Origin: a virus
Length of the DNA: 64,000 bases
Strand: one strand, 5' to 3'
IMG/VR virus record: IMGVR_UViG_3300025099_000012
Location: 18,300 to 82,299 of that record
Every line of letters starts with the position of its first letter. Position 1 is the stretch's first letter. Positions 29,874-39,668 of the stretch are shown here, in pieces. The notes under the pieces were generated by a model. That model had not been told where the DNA came from, did not search any database, and worked only from the letters and a program-made list of their open reading frames with translations. A program made the position numbers and the translations under genes.

Positions 29874-31109
29874 TTACCCTAAATATTGTTCAGCGCTACC
29901 GCCTTGCATTTGATTCTCCAGAGAATTTCTGCGACGACGCTCATCTTCAATTATATTACCTCCAACTTGACCTGCGGCTAATCCAGCCATCCCGCCAATT
30001 AGTCCACTAATTGCAGCACGTTTGTCCCTTACTCCATACTTTGCTCCAGCCAATCCACCAGCTAATGCCGTTGCAAAAGGAATAACTCCTGTTGTAACTG
30101 GCAGACCTCTTCCCAAAAACTGAACCTCAGGTCCGTGAATACCTTCATCTGTAAACTTAAGTGCACCTGCTCCAATAGTCACATCGCCATCTAGTGGGTT
30201 GTAGTCTTCGCGCTTGTCATACTTAAATGCTTGGTAGCGGTTGTAATCCTCACGACTTACATCTGGTCTTACTTTCTTAAACTCTTCATAAGGAAGTAAT
30301 TGACCGGTCCTACCCATTAAATACTTAAGACCAATTTCACCAATAATGTTTGCGCTTTTTGTTGGATCCTCTTCTGAAGGAATTGCCGCTTTATATCCCT
30401 CAGCACCTCCAAATGGGCTCATAAGCCCTAGTCCGGTATTAATTGCAATGCCAGTAGGTATTGCTAATGCTTGGACCATCCCAGGGCTGTAATTACGCTT
30501 TTGTAAATCACCTGAATCATCAAAGCTGTATCCACGAGCTGCTGTTAATTTGTCATCTATATACTTTGCTTTTTTACTATCCACCATTTCTTTGATGGAG
30601 TCCTTATCTTGTATATTCAAATATCTTGGAACATTGCCCTCTGGTGTAGACCTGAATGGAATCTCAGAGCTTTGTACACGAGACTTTTTATAAAGCTCTG
30701 GGACAACACGAGACAATGCTTGCTCATTAATTACTTCACCTGTTGCCTGTAGTGCGTTGAGTAGCCAGTACACACTACGGGTGGTGTCCTGAGTCAAGTC
30801 ATTAGCAACACTTCCCATTATTTGTCCAGACTTTCGAGCATTACTGCCTTTCAGCTGCATGTCTAGCTCTTCAAGCGCTTGACGTTTTTCAGGCCTCAGG
30901 TTTCCTGTAAGTTCTTGTATTCGAAATGCGGCAGGGTGGGTTCCCATAAGAGAATCCCATTTAGTTGATTCTTCAGTTTGACCGCTTAGCTTCCGATCTC
31001 GAAGCATTGCATTTCTACGATCCTCACGTCCTAGCGAATAGTCATCTTTAAAGCCTTCACCAAAGTCGCTGAGGATATTCCGAATCATCTGCATCCGATC
31101 TTTTGCCAT
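29874..31109 (-). CDS. Putative internal virion protein with C-terminal glycine zippers
   Basis: 411 aa; ALAGGLAGA / GLIGGMAGLAAG. Confidence 0.6.
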   Translation of the reverse strand: MAKDRMQMIRNILSDFGEGFKDDYSLGREDRRNAMLRDRKLSGQTEESTKWDSLMGTHPAAFRIQELTGNLRPEKRQALEELDMQLKGSNARKSGQIMGSVANDLTQDTTRSVYWLLNALQATGEVINEQALSRVVPELYKKSRVQSSEIPFRSTPEGNVPRYLNIQDKDSIKEMVDSKKAKYIDDKLTAARGYSFDDSGDLQKRNYSPGMVQALAIPTGIAINTGLGLMSPFGGAEGYKAAIPSEEDPTKSANIIGEIGLKYLMGRTGQLLPYEEFKKVRPDVSREDYNRYQAFKYDKREDYNPLDGDVTIGAGALKFTDEGIHGPEVQFLGRGLPVTTGVIPFATALAGGLAGAKYGVRDKRAAISGLIGGMAGLAAGQVGGNIIEDERRRRNSLENQMQGGSAEQYLG

Positions 31110-31615
31110 TAACCAATACCTTGGTTGTCGTATAGATAGCTTTGTGTAGATCCTGGTAGCAGTCCTAATTCAGCTAACAGCTTTCCTGTTTGATCCTGTC
31201 GGATCATGTTCTCTAGTGCTTCACGATCCTGTGCACTTAGCTTTTCATAAGGTGTCTGACCTTTTCCACCCATAGCAAGATCTTTACCTTGTTGTAGTTT
31301 TTCAGCAACTACTCGGCCACCCATATCTCCACCAATCGAACCTGCCATATCTAGCATCCTTGCTAGGTTTACATTTGTTCCACCAAGTCTTCCTAAAGCT
31401 AATCCACCTAAACCACCACCTACTACTGTTGAACCACCAGCAATTAATTTATCTCCAATATCTCCAGGTGTCAGTGCCATTTCTATGCCACCATAAAACA
31501 CTTCTGGAAGAAGACGTTCTCCAAGCGCCATGTTACCCATATATTTTTTTGTAGCAGGATCCCTGAATAAACCTTTGACAGCACTACCTGCAAATCTTCC
31601 TACTTTACCAATCAT
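31109..31615 (-). CDS. Glycine-zipper putative internal virion protein
   Basis: GRFAG at N-terminus; VVGGGLGGLALG. Confidence 0.6.
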   Translation of the reverse strand: MIGKVGRFAGSAVKGLFRDPATKKYMGNMALGERLLPEVFYGGIEMALTPGDIGDKLIAGGSTVVGGGLGGLALGRLGGTNVNLARMLDMAGSIGGDMGGRVVAEKLQQGKDLAMGGKGQTPYEKLSAQDREALENMIRQDQTGKLLAELGLLPGSTQSYLYDNQGIG

Positions 31616-31655
31616 TATTCCTTACGCAGATTAATAGTTATCAATATTATATCTT

Positions 31656-31943
31656 TTAGGTAACCTCTTGACCAAATTGTGGATTGTTGAAGTTATCCAT
31701 CCAGTTATCTGTTATTTTTGCGTTCTTTGGATCTTCCATATACTGCTGAACTCTGAATCTTGCTTCTGTTCTAGTATTTTCTGGACGACTAAAGTTTTCT
31801 GGATGTTTTACATCTGGCACCCCTGCACTGTATCCAATGATGCTTGGTGCAAACATTTTATCTTCTTGTGTCCTTTTCCCCTGTGCAATTTCATTACGGT
31901 TTTGCAGATCTACACGGGCTAAATTTCTCTTGTTAAAACTCAT
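31656..31943 (-). CDS. Hypothetical late protein
   Basis: 95-aa ORF. Confidence 0.5.
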   Translation of the reverse strand: MSFNKRNLARVDLQNRNEIAQGKRTQEDKMFAPSIIGYSAGVPDVKHPENFSRPENTRTEARFRVQQYMEDPKNAKITDNWMDNFNNPQFGQEVT

Positions 31944-31945
31944 GA

Positions 31946-34087
31946 TCAGGCTCGGGGGAAACGTGAACGACGGCCTACTGGAGGCAGTTGGGAAATAATT
32001 GAACTCATTGCATCTGCACGACGAGTGAGGTCCTCATCTGCTCTGCGTTGTACAGCTTGTGCACCAATGATGTTGGATTTATTGCGCTTACGGCGAATAG
32101 CCGCATCTGCTCTGGATTCAGGTCTCTTTTTCTTTTCTGCAGCTGCTTGGGCACGACCCTCACTCAGCTGTTTAAGATTTGATCGAATCGCGGCAGGGTC
32201 TGATTCACCAGTGTTGTTATAGACCAGTTGCTGACCAAACGTAGACAGTGGGTTGGTTGAGCGCTGCGCGGGCATCCCAATATATGGCTTTTGCGCTCCT
32301 GATGTTTCTAGCTTGCCGAACCGCTTTTTAATGTCTTCTTCTGCACCTCTTCCTGAACCTAATTCACCGCGAGTACCAATTGGTGCTCTAGTGCCTCCTT
32401 TCTGTTGAGCAATTTGAATGCTTCCAAATCCTTCTGAGGGTGAATCAAATACAACACCGCCACGCTTACGGCGTTCATTCTCTACTAGTGCTTGAGCGGT
32501 ACCACCACTGACACCTTTATAGCTTTCAGGTGATAAGGAGATTTGAGGTTGTTCAATGGGAGTGTTTGTTCTCCCCAAGTAAGTGCCTGTTGGGTTTTGA
32601 TTAACTGATGAACGACGGGCAGCGTCTAGTTGGAACAATGAGTTAGCCAATCGCTGTTCATCTCCACTTCCCAGGTCCAATTTGTTCATTAATCCGCTAA
32701 CAACCTGTGTTCCAGCTGGAATATTATTTTCAAATTGATCTTTAATATACAGTGTGTTTCCTTTACGCTTCAGCTCTTGATTTACAAACGTTGCAGCTTT
32801 CTCAAGCTCATCAATTGACCGGATATTTCCTGATATCTGCTGTAGAGCGGGATTTTTCATACGAACACCCAGTGCACGCAGTTTATTTGCGAAATTTGAT
32901 GTCTCTTTAGAGATATTTGCCTGTGGGTAACGGGGAGGAGTGCTTCCTGTGTCCTGAACCATGGCAGGGAGGTTGCTTGCAACCCACTCACGCGCAGTTT
33001 GTGGATTCTGTGGAGCATTCATCATCTGAGCAGTGTCAGGTGTGTTAGCTCCTTGGGTTGAAAGGCTGATACCTAAAGCAGGGTCCAAAGCAATAGGAGC
33101 CTTGGTCACTGGATCTGCATATCCCACAATCCGTCCAGTGTTATCAACGATCTCTTCTGCATTAGGGAAGGTTCCCTGTGGACCTTGGCGAATGACCTGT
33201 GTTTGTTCCATACCTCCAAGGGAGCCTGCGGCTCCGAGGCGGCGAATTTCACCAATACGGCCAATAGCTTCATCAGCCATGGCACCTGGTCCGTTAACTG
33301 TGTAACCCAACCGTGCATAAGTATCCGCTAGATGACCCACAGCTTCATCATTCTCTGCTCTCATCTGTGGGCTAAAGCGAGCACTGTCACCTCGTACTGT
33401 TGCTCGTCCAACTCGTGCATCAGCTACCCTTTCATTCCCTAAATAGACGTTGAGAGCGTCCATTGCTGTCTTTGTTTCGCTATCAACCCCAGATCCACCG
33501 AATACACGGGCAATAGATCCACCAATTCCACTCTGTTGCCGTTCAGCAGAACGTTGTAGATCACTCAAAGCATCACTAAGCACCGATTTAGGAGCATTGG
33601 CACCTATATATCCCAGTGGTTCTATAAATGTTTGCTTTCCTACAAAGGCTTTGCCATCTTTTTTGCGCTTTCTACGGCGTAATCCTTCGAATTCGCCATA
33701 TTCAAGAGGCTTTTGCTCTTCTAAAGTCTCTCTACGAACTAATCCAGTCTCTTCATCCTCCGTAAAACCTCGATCATACGCTCTATATGTCTGCTCATCG
33801 TCCTGCATTTGGCCAAAAGCAGCAATTAATTCATCATCATCAAGATATTTAAGATCATCTAACTCTTGACGACCTACTTCAGCCCTAGTTGTCTTCTCTG
33901 ACTGTGCAATCTCACGTAGATATTGTTCTGGATCAAACTGTTGGTCAGCCCTAGCCTGTCGACGTCGCTTACGAGACACAGCTTCAAGCATCTGTTCTTG
34001 CGTCAACCCAAGGGTTTGACGTGCGGCCTGAAATTGTGCACTCTCTATTAATGCATTGTTTAGGGCTTGTTTAGCTTCTAGTGACAC
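31946..34087 (-). CDS. Large hypothetical late protein (probable internal virion protein)
   Basis: 713 aa; TACAATAG at 34112-34119. Confidence 0.65.
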   Translation of the reverse strand: MSLEAKQALNNALIESAQFQAARQTLGLTQEQMLEAVSRKRRRQARADQQFDPEQYLREIAQSEKTTRAEVGRQELDDLKYLDDDELIAAFGQMQDDEQTYRAYDRGFTEDEETGLVRRETLEEQKPLEYGEFEGLRRRKRKKDGKAFVGKQTFIEPLGYIGANAPKSVLSDALSDLQRSAERQQSGIGGSIARVFGGSGVDSETKTAMDALNVYLGNERVADARVGRATVRGDSARFSPQMRAENDEAVGHLADTYARLGYTVNGPGAMADEAIGRIGEIRRLGAAGSLGGMEQTQVIRQGPQGTFPNAEEIVDNTGRIVGYADPVTKAPIALDPALGISLSTQGANTPDTAQMMNAPQNPQTAREWVASNLPAMVQDTGSTPPRYPQANISKETSNFANKLRALGVRMKNPALQQISGNIRSIDELEKAATFVNQELKRKGNTLYIKDQFENNIPAGTQVVSGLMNKLDLGSGDEQRLANSLFQLDAARRSSVNQNPTGTYLGRTNTPIEQPQISLSPESYKGVSGGTAQALVENERRKRGGVVFDSPSEGFGSIQIAQQKGGTRAPIGTRGELGSGRGAEEDIKKRFGKLETSGAQKPYIGMPAQRSTNPLSTFGQQLVYNNTGESDPAAIRSNLKQLSEGRAQAAAEKKKRPESRADAAIRRKRNKSNIIGAQAVQRRADEDLTRRADAMSSIISQLPPVGRRSRFPRA

Positions 34088-34136
34088 TATTTCTACTGCG
34101 TAAACCTACAACTATTGTAGATAATTTAAATATCTT

Positions 34137-35180
34137 TTATATTCCCAATAACCGTGTAAAGTAATTGCTGTTTATATCACTCTTGATAGGTACTCCCGTT
34201 ATGTTTTCTGCTAGCTGTTGCATTGCACTATTATTCATTAAAGCTTTGTAGTCAATAGGATCGGACTGATTAAATGCATCTGCATAGTTTGTTGTAGACG
34301 GAGCAGGCATATCTTTGATTATTGGTTTTATGTTGGGATTTTTGTAAGAATTGATTACTGCGTTTGTTGCTTCATCTTTAAATTCCTGTGCTTGTGGAAT
34401 GATACGCACATCTGGTTCGCCTGATCCATCTACATCTACTTCTACACTTCCACCTTTGTTCCCATGAATTGCATCAAACTTTGCTGGATTGAAATCCTCA
34501 CCCTTGCTAACATCTTGATTCATTACTCTGTAGTCGCTCATTAGGTCCCTTCGATCTTGAGCTTTTTCTTTTGCAACACCTTTTGTATATTCTTTGTATG
34601 CCAAAGCAGGGTTTTGTTGTGCCCATATTGCTAGATTCTCTCCATTCTTTTGACCTTTGAAATAGTCTTGCATTGCATCTTTGTTTGCTTCACCCGCTTT
34701 AAAGTTAGATGCATATTGCTCAGTAGCGTTTGGGTCTAACCGAGGACCTTTCGATAGAGGAGGTGCATCATTTAGATCTGGATCTGGATCTGGATCTGGA
34801 TCTGGATCTGGTGTGTCAACCGTTGTTTTAAAACTCTTCATCAGTGGAGTTATTGTCTTTGGCGTGAACACTGCATTGTTCCCTTGCTCTAACCCATACC
34901 ACGTGGTACCGCCTAATTGAATGGTGTTAGGTACATAGCCTTCTTTTTCCAAAAAATAATTGTCAGCATCTTGGAATTTTACATCTTTAACTAAAACTGC
35001 TGGCTTATTGTTCAAAACTGTTGAGGTTCCATCAAACCTGCCTCCAGTTTGCCCCTGCAATCCCGTAAATTTTGATCCAGGTGTCATTAATTTAGCAGTA
35101 ACCGCTTTTTGTAAAGCAACCTGTGCTTTTTTCCGAGCACTATTTGCACTTGTTGTTCTTCTTCTATTACTTGCGGGCAT
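34137..35180 (-). CDS. Hypothetical late protein with PD repeat
   Basis: 347 aa; first gene of left arm. Confidence 0.6.
   Translation of the reverse strand: MPASNRRRTTSANSARKKAQVALQKAVTAKLMTPGSKFTGLQGQTGGRFDGTSTVLNNKPAVLVKDVKFQDADNYFLEKEGYVPNTIQLGGTTWYGLEQGNNAVFTPKTITPLMKSFKTTVDTPDPDPDPDPDPDLNDAPPLSKGPRLDPNATEQYASNFKAGEANKDAMQDYFKGQKNGENLAIWAQQNPALAYKEYTKGVAKEKAQDRRDLMSDYRVMNQDVSKGEDFNPAKFDAIHGNKGGSVEVDVDGSGEPDVRIIPQAQEFKDEATNAVINSYKNPNIKPIIKDMPAPSTTNYADAFNQSDPIDYKALMNNSAMQQLAENITGVPIKSDINSNYFTRLLGI
34775..34810. repeat. (GATCTG)x6 perfect microsatellite encoding Pro-Asp
   Basis: Read directly from sequence. Confidence 0.9.
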
Positions 35181-35189
35181 ATCTAATTT

Positions 35190-35842
35190 GCAAATATCTT
35201 TAATTTTACCTAATTCAAAAACTACTCTTGCTACGCTATTTCCCTATATTGTTTATTTGAAAATGATAGGAGGAGGAGAGTAGCTAGGAATTAACAAGGG
35301 ATATATACAAAACAAGCGTATTTTGCGTAGTTCGTAGTTTCGATTCAAACAAAGCAGCGCTGCATCGTGATATCAGTAATTGTCAACGTCCGCTAACACA
35401 GCCATATTTAGTTTGTACCCGAAAATAAAGACCATATACCCAAATATTCTTGGGTCAGAGTCAGCTAAATTGACATATGGCACAAAAAGATCCCCTATAG
35501 GACCCTAAATTAGTTAGAAAATTTTCGACACGTCTAATCCCTTCTGTACCCCGGTAACCGGTGGAACAAAAAAAATAGTCACAAGTTTTACATGTGATTT
35601 TTCTTTTGATTTAACTTCTGTTAAACAGAAGGATTCAACTCAAGTTAACAACAGTTAATTTTACACAAGATGTTTCACATTTGTTTAACTTATGTTGTAA
35701 CAGTTGAGTTCTTACACATGTAACGTTCACTTAACAGAAGTATAACTTTCGTTTATACATCTGTCGTTGACGTATGTGTATTCATTGATGACTCATGTCT
35801 CACCTCGTAGAGATGTCATCATTCCCCCTCAATTCAATTACC
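35190..35842. other. Non-coding pivot between divergent late and early arms; candidate origin/terminus region
   Basis: No credible ORF; strand switch; inverted repeats. Confidence 0.55.
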
Positions 35843-35882
35843 GAACACACTCACTCACGCCTATCGGCGTGTCTATTAGTTA

Positions 35883-36101
35883 GTGTTCTTTGCTCGTTCT
35901 GTCGTGCTCGCTGTTTTCTCCGCCTCGTTCCTCGTTGGCTTTGGCTTGGCTTTCGCTCCTCGTCGCTCCGTCTTCTGTGAGGCTCCCTCTGGTACCCCTG
36001 GCGTCTGCGCTTCTCGCGTGGCTTTGCCTCTGCTTCCGTTCGTCTTCGCCTTTTGGTGGCTGCGTCTTGCTCCTCGCGGTTGCTCGGTGTTCGTTCTTTG
36101 A
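35883..36101 (+). CDS. Adenine-depleted ORF encoding a hydrophobic 72-aa peptide (or an ncRNA)
   Basis: GTG start at the GTGTTC box; only 3 A in 35883-36116, one of them in the TGA stop. Confidence 0.5.
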   Translation: MFFARSVVLAVFSASFLVGFGLAFAPRRSVFCEAPSGTPGVCASRVALPLLPFVFAFWWLRLAPRGCSVFVL

Positions 36102-36176
36102 GGGCTTTGCCCTCTGAACACATTTAACTCGCTGACTCGCGAGTCTATTCATTAGTGTTCTTTTTATATAACAGCC

Positions 36177-36320
36177 ATGTTCACGATCGTTGATCTTCTC
36201 ACAATGAAGGAACTTGCTACCTTCTCCTGTCACTACAAAGCTTCCTGTCGTGTAGCAGAGATGGAAGAAGAGTTAGATGCCAAAGGAATCAAACATGAGT
36301 TCCTGATTTGGCCTGAGTAA
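36177..36320 (+). CDS. 47-aa early protein (not in ORF track)
   Basis: MFTIVDLLTMKELATFSCHYK...IWPE, between hairpin elements 2 and 3. Confidence 0.65.
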   Translation: MFTIVDLLTMKELATFSCHYKASCRVAEMEEELDAKGIKHEFLIWPE

Positions 36321-36383
36321 GGCAACACATGAGCCCGTCTATCGACGGGTCTATTTCACTGTGTTCTTTATGAGTATGCACTC

Positions 36384-36545
36384 ATGTCCATTCGTAATTG
36401 GGAAGCCCACCTTGAAATCCAAGGGTGCCATATCGCATCCTTCAAGTTGTCTAACCCAAACGAACTTGCGGACAAGGTGACACTGGATGACCTCCAGTTC
36501 TGCGACAAGATCACACTTGTCCCTGTCCGCTTGCCTCGTGACTGA
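36384..36545 (+). CDS. 53-aa early protein (not in ORF track)
   Basis: MSIRNWEAHLEIQG...RLPRD, between elements 3 and 4. Confidence 0.65.
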   Translation: MSIRNWEAHLEIQGCHIASFKLSNPNELADKVTLDDLQFCDKITLVPVRLPRD

Positions 36546-36603
36546 ACACAAGTGCAGGCGTCTATCGACGTCTGTATTTTTTCGTGTTCTTTACATCAAA
36601 CAG

Positions 36604-36774
36604 ATGTACACAGTTTCCTACTTCGAAGTTCACTGTGATGACGGTATCCCTGAAGCTACTCGCCAGTACTTCAATACCTACCACGAAGCACAGGCTTACG
36701 CTAAGTCCTTCGATGACTGGGACGACGTTCGCGTTGATTACCTCCAGGTAAACACAGAACCTCTCCCCTTCTGA
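36604..36774 (+). CDS. Small acidic early protein
   Basis: MYTVSYFEV...EPLPF; start reassigned to follow element 4. Confidence 0.65.
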   Translation: MYTVSYFEVHCDDGIPEATRQYFNTYHEAQAYAKSFDDWDDVRVDYLQVNTEPLPF

Positions 36775-36831
36775 ACACACATGGCCCGTCAATTGACGGG
36801 TCTATTTCACTGTGTTCTTTTAATCAATCTC

Positions 36832-36960
36832 ATGATTACTATCAAATTCAACGCTCCTTACACTGGTGCACTCCGCACTCAGTCGTTCTCATCACTTGCA
36901 GAAGCTCAATCAATGATTGACTTCTATGCATCATGTGGAACTAGAGCTTGGTTTGCATAA
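36832..36960 (+). CDS. 42-aa cyanophage early protein (not in ORF track)
   Basis: MITIKFNAPY...RTQSFSSLAEAQSMIDFYASCG. Confidence 0.7.
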   Translation: MITIKFNAPYTGALRTQSFSSLAEAQSMIDFYASCGTRAWFA

Positions 36961-37021
36961 CCATTGAAGGCAGTCTATCGACTGCTTTCTTTCACTGTGT
37001 TCTTTATATCTAATTCACACT

Positions 37022-37201
37022 ATGAGTAATCCTTACATCACGCAAATCTGTCAACAGACTGGCGCTACTGAGCGCGAAGTCGTCCGTGACATGATGCCTA
37101 CATTTCGTCCTATGACTTTCCCTTGTGAAATCCATGGACGTCATTTCGAGTCACACGATGACTACATGAATGAGTTACACGAGTTCATAGCTGGTATGTA
37201 A
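37022..37201 (+). CDS. 59-aa early protein (not in ORF track)
   Basis: MSNPYITQI...FPCEIHGRHFESHDDY. Confidence 0.65.
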   Translation: MSNPYITQICQQTGATEREVVRDMMPTFRPMTFPCEIHGRHFESHDDYMNELHEFIAGM

Positions 37202-37259
37202 CACAATGGCGTCAATTGACGCCTCTATTTCATTGTGTTCTTTCGATACTAAGTATCTC

Positions 37260-37580
37260 ATGCGTAAACTCGCAACCCTTACCAAGATGACTGCTAAAGG
37301 CTTGTCAACTTGGACATTCGCTCAATGTGACAGTGTCTACGTTGCATTCGGTGGTACTACTAACCGATGCATCGTTCTACAGACTAAACGTCACTTAGAG
37401 GACCTTATGTCTCAATTTGTGTCCTCTTATGGTTACGAGAGACCACGTCCTAAAGCAATTAGCTTGGACGGTGTAAATCTCAAACCTATTAAGCGTGTAC
37501 CCCCTTCTATGCAGAAGGAGCTTGCTCTATTAGCAGCAACTCCCTCCCCTGCAGAAGAAGAGTTGGTACCACTCTTTTGA
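37260..37580 (+). CDS. Early hypothetical protein
   Basis: Start MRKLATL after element 7. Confidence 0.6.
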   Translation: MRKLATLTKMTAKGLSTWTFAQCDSVYVAFGGTTNRCIVLQTKRHLEDLMSQFVSSYGYERPRPKAISLDGVNLKPIKRVPPSMQKELALLAATPSPAEEELVPLF

Positions 37581-37658
37581 GCAATAAGAGTCTTGGCGTC
37601 TATCGACGCCTTTCTCCTTCTATGCCCTATTGGGCTTATTCACTTATCCGTTACACGT

Positions 37659-37907
37659 ATGCTCATCAAAGTTCCTGGTCAAGATCTCAATCTTCGTTTC
37701 TTCGAAAAAGTTGAGACTGTTGACGACCAGTACAACATCTACGACATTGGCGTAGAGCAGCCTGGAGAAGATGGCAAGACCATCATCGACAGCATCTGTG
37801 TCGGTGGATCTTTCTCCTATGCCAAGTCATTGGTGAAATCCATTGATGACAAAGCTGCGGCTAAGAAAGCTGATGCTTCTGACGCGTCCTCCGCCGCTGC
37901 GGCTTAG
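37659..37907 (+). CDS. Early hypothetical protein
   Basis: Start MLIKVPG after element 8. Confidence 0.6.
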   Translation: MLIKVPGQDLNLRFFEKVETVDDQYNIYDIGVEQPGEDGKTIIDSICVGGSFSYAKSLVKSIDDKAAAKKADASDASSAAAA

Positions 37908-37967
37908 CTTGACGCCTGTCCCCGCTACTGCGGGGGCTTATTTTACTGTTATCCGCTAATCTGACTT

Positions 37968-38174
37968 ATGCGTATTGAAGCTCCTTTCGATCTCCCTGTA
38001 GAAGCTCTCATCGGAGCAGTCATTACAAGTGACGATGGCGCTGAACTAGGAGTTATAGCCGACGTCAGAGTGGACATTACTAATCACGAGTTTATTCTCA
38101 CTCTTGATGATGGCATTGGTCTACTCTGGAGTAATTTGAAAGACTATTCAATCAAATTCCAAGGCTCTATCTAA
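37968..38174 (+). CDS. Small protein, PRC-barrel-like
   Basis: LIGAVITSDDGAELGVIADVRVD resembles a PRC-barrel. Confidence 0.5.
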   Translation: MRIEAPFDLPVEALIGAVITSDDGAELGVIADVRVDITNHEFILTLDDGIGLLWSNLKDYSIKFQGSI

Positions 38175-38721
38175 ACCCTCTAGTACTTACTTCCGTAATT
38201 TTATTTACTGGAATATTTGCCACGTCCATCCTTCTCTTTACCGAAGGTATGGCAAACGCTGCTCCTGTTAAAGCTGCTATACCTATTGAACTAGGTGTTA
38301 TGGACAACTGTCCAGGCTCCTGTTCATCTGCGGGTCCTCCGAATCCAGCAGCGATATCCATAACTCCACGACCTGCTAAGGCTACGCCTGCGGCCGGAAT
38401 TACGTATTTGGGCACTGCATTTACTACTGGCAAACCATACTCAACAACCTGACGTTGTTTCTGTCCCATATACGTTTCAGGACCATATCTACCAATTGGT
38501 CTACCCATTTTATCCCTAACTATAGGGTTATCTGTAAATGGTGAAAGCGTTGCTTTACGTAAGCTTGGGAGTCCACCTCCTATGCCTGTGCCAAGAGTAC
38601 GTACAACTGGATTAGCATCCTTGTACATATCTCTGATACGTAGACTGTATCTATCATCAACGTCTTGAAGACTCTCAATGATTTGCCTAAGCATATCTCC
38701 AGCCTTACGTCTTACTTCCAT
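38167..38721 (-). CDS. Inserted late-type protein with hydrophobic Gly/Ala helices
   Basis: Opposite strand; TACAATA at 38744-38750; RRKAG motif. Confidence 0.6.
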   Translation of the reverse strand: MEVRRKAGDMLRQIIESLQDVDDRYSLRIRDMYKDANPVVRTLGTGIGGGLPSLRKATLSPFTDNPIVRDKMGRPIGRYGPETYMGQKQRQVVEYGLPVVNAVPKYVIPAAGVALAGRGVMDIAAGFGGPADEQEPGQLSITPSSIGIAALTGAAFAIPSVKRRMDVANIPVNKITEVSTRGFR

Positions 38722-38987
38722 AACACTATCTTTATTTATACCTTATTGTACCTACTATTGAATTGAGACTTATATCTACCGATGGCTATTACCTACGTCA
38801 TAATCTTAGGTACCTGGGGCATAGCCTCAATCGCACTTCTACTACTTAAACTTCTATAGTTTATTGAGAACAATTATCAACTATATAGATATAGAGCGGG
38901 TATTTACTACACCCATTACCGTATATACCGTGACCTGTCCTATGAATTACGTAGGTAAATTAGGGGAGCGGTATATATAAATAAGCA

Positions 38988-39227
38988 ATGTCCGTATTTG
39001 ACCTTATGAGCCCATTCGAACCATGGCTGACTTCACGAAGTCCGTCCGTTTATGTTATATCTGATTCAGAAATGAAGGCATATAAACAGAAACAGGCAGT
39101 CGCGGAGATCGCGGAACTGCAACGGCTAGTCGATAGTCACAAGAGTTCTATTGAACGCCTTGAGGCTCACATCAGCCAACTCGAAACAGAGCTTCCAAAG
39201 CTCACCGAAACATCTAATGCCGCATAA
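38988..39227 (+). CDS. Coiled-coil hypothetical protein
   Basis: Heptad-rich C-terminus. Confidence 0.6.
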   Translation: MSVFDLMSPFEPWLTSRSPSVYVISDSEMKAYKQKQAVAEIAELQRLVDSHKSSIERLEAHISQLETELPKLTETSNAA

Positions 39228-39434
39228 CTGCGGCTGTAGATATAAATGCTCCATATATAGAAACAAGCAATGATCGTATTTGATCAAACTACCATCATCC
39301 TCGCAATCATTGGCATGATTGGGCTCCTCTCCACAGGAGTTGTCCTTACAACTGCCTTCAAGCGTAGACCTTTGAGTTAGCAACACTGGCGCTTATCAGC
39401 GCCTGTATTTATTTATGTCCTTTGGATATTTTCC

Positions 39435-39668
39435 ATGACTATGCAACCAGTAACTCTTAACAATGCACTCGATATTGCTGAAGAGCGTGCTTATGCACAA
39501 TCTCGTCCGAGCTTTCCCCCTGTAACAGACACAATTGTCTGGATCAAGCAGGTGGATTGGGCGGACGTACGCAACCGATGCCGTGGTGGAGTTCACAACG
39601 TAGGGCTTGTCCTTGCTGTGACTGGTGAAAAGATCCATGACCTTGGCGCTTGGTTAGCTGAGGTCTGA
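39435..39668 (+). CDS. Early hypothetical protein
   Basis: Follows hairpin element at 39388. Confidence 0.6.
   Translation: MTMQPVTLNNALDIAEERAYAQSRPSFPPVTDTIVWIKQVDWADVRNRCRGGVHNVGLVLAVTGEKIHDLGAWLAEV

Noticed and set aside
34775-34810. (GATCTG)6 as a Dam/GATC regulatory cluster
   Set aside because: Lies in frame within a CDS encoding a Pro-Asp linker; simple slippage explains it.
35851-36233. Three minus-strand Arg/Glu/Lys-rich ORFs and other frames over the A-free tract
   Set aside because: All stop codons begin with T and contain A, so frames stay open by composition; not evidence of coding.
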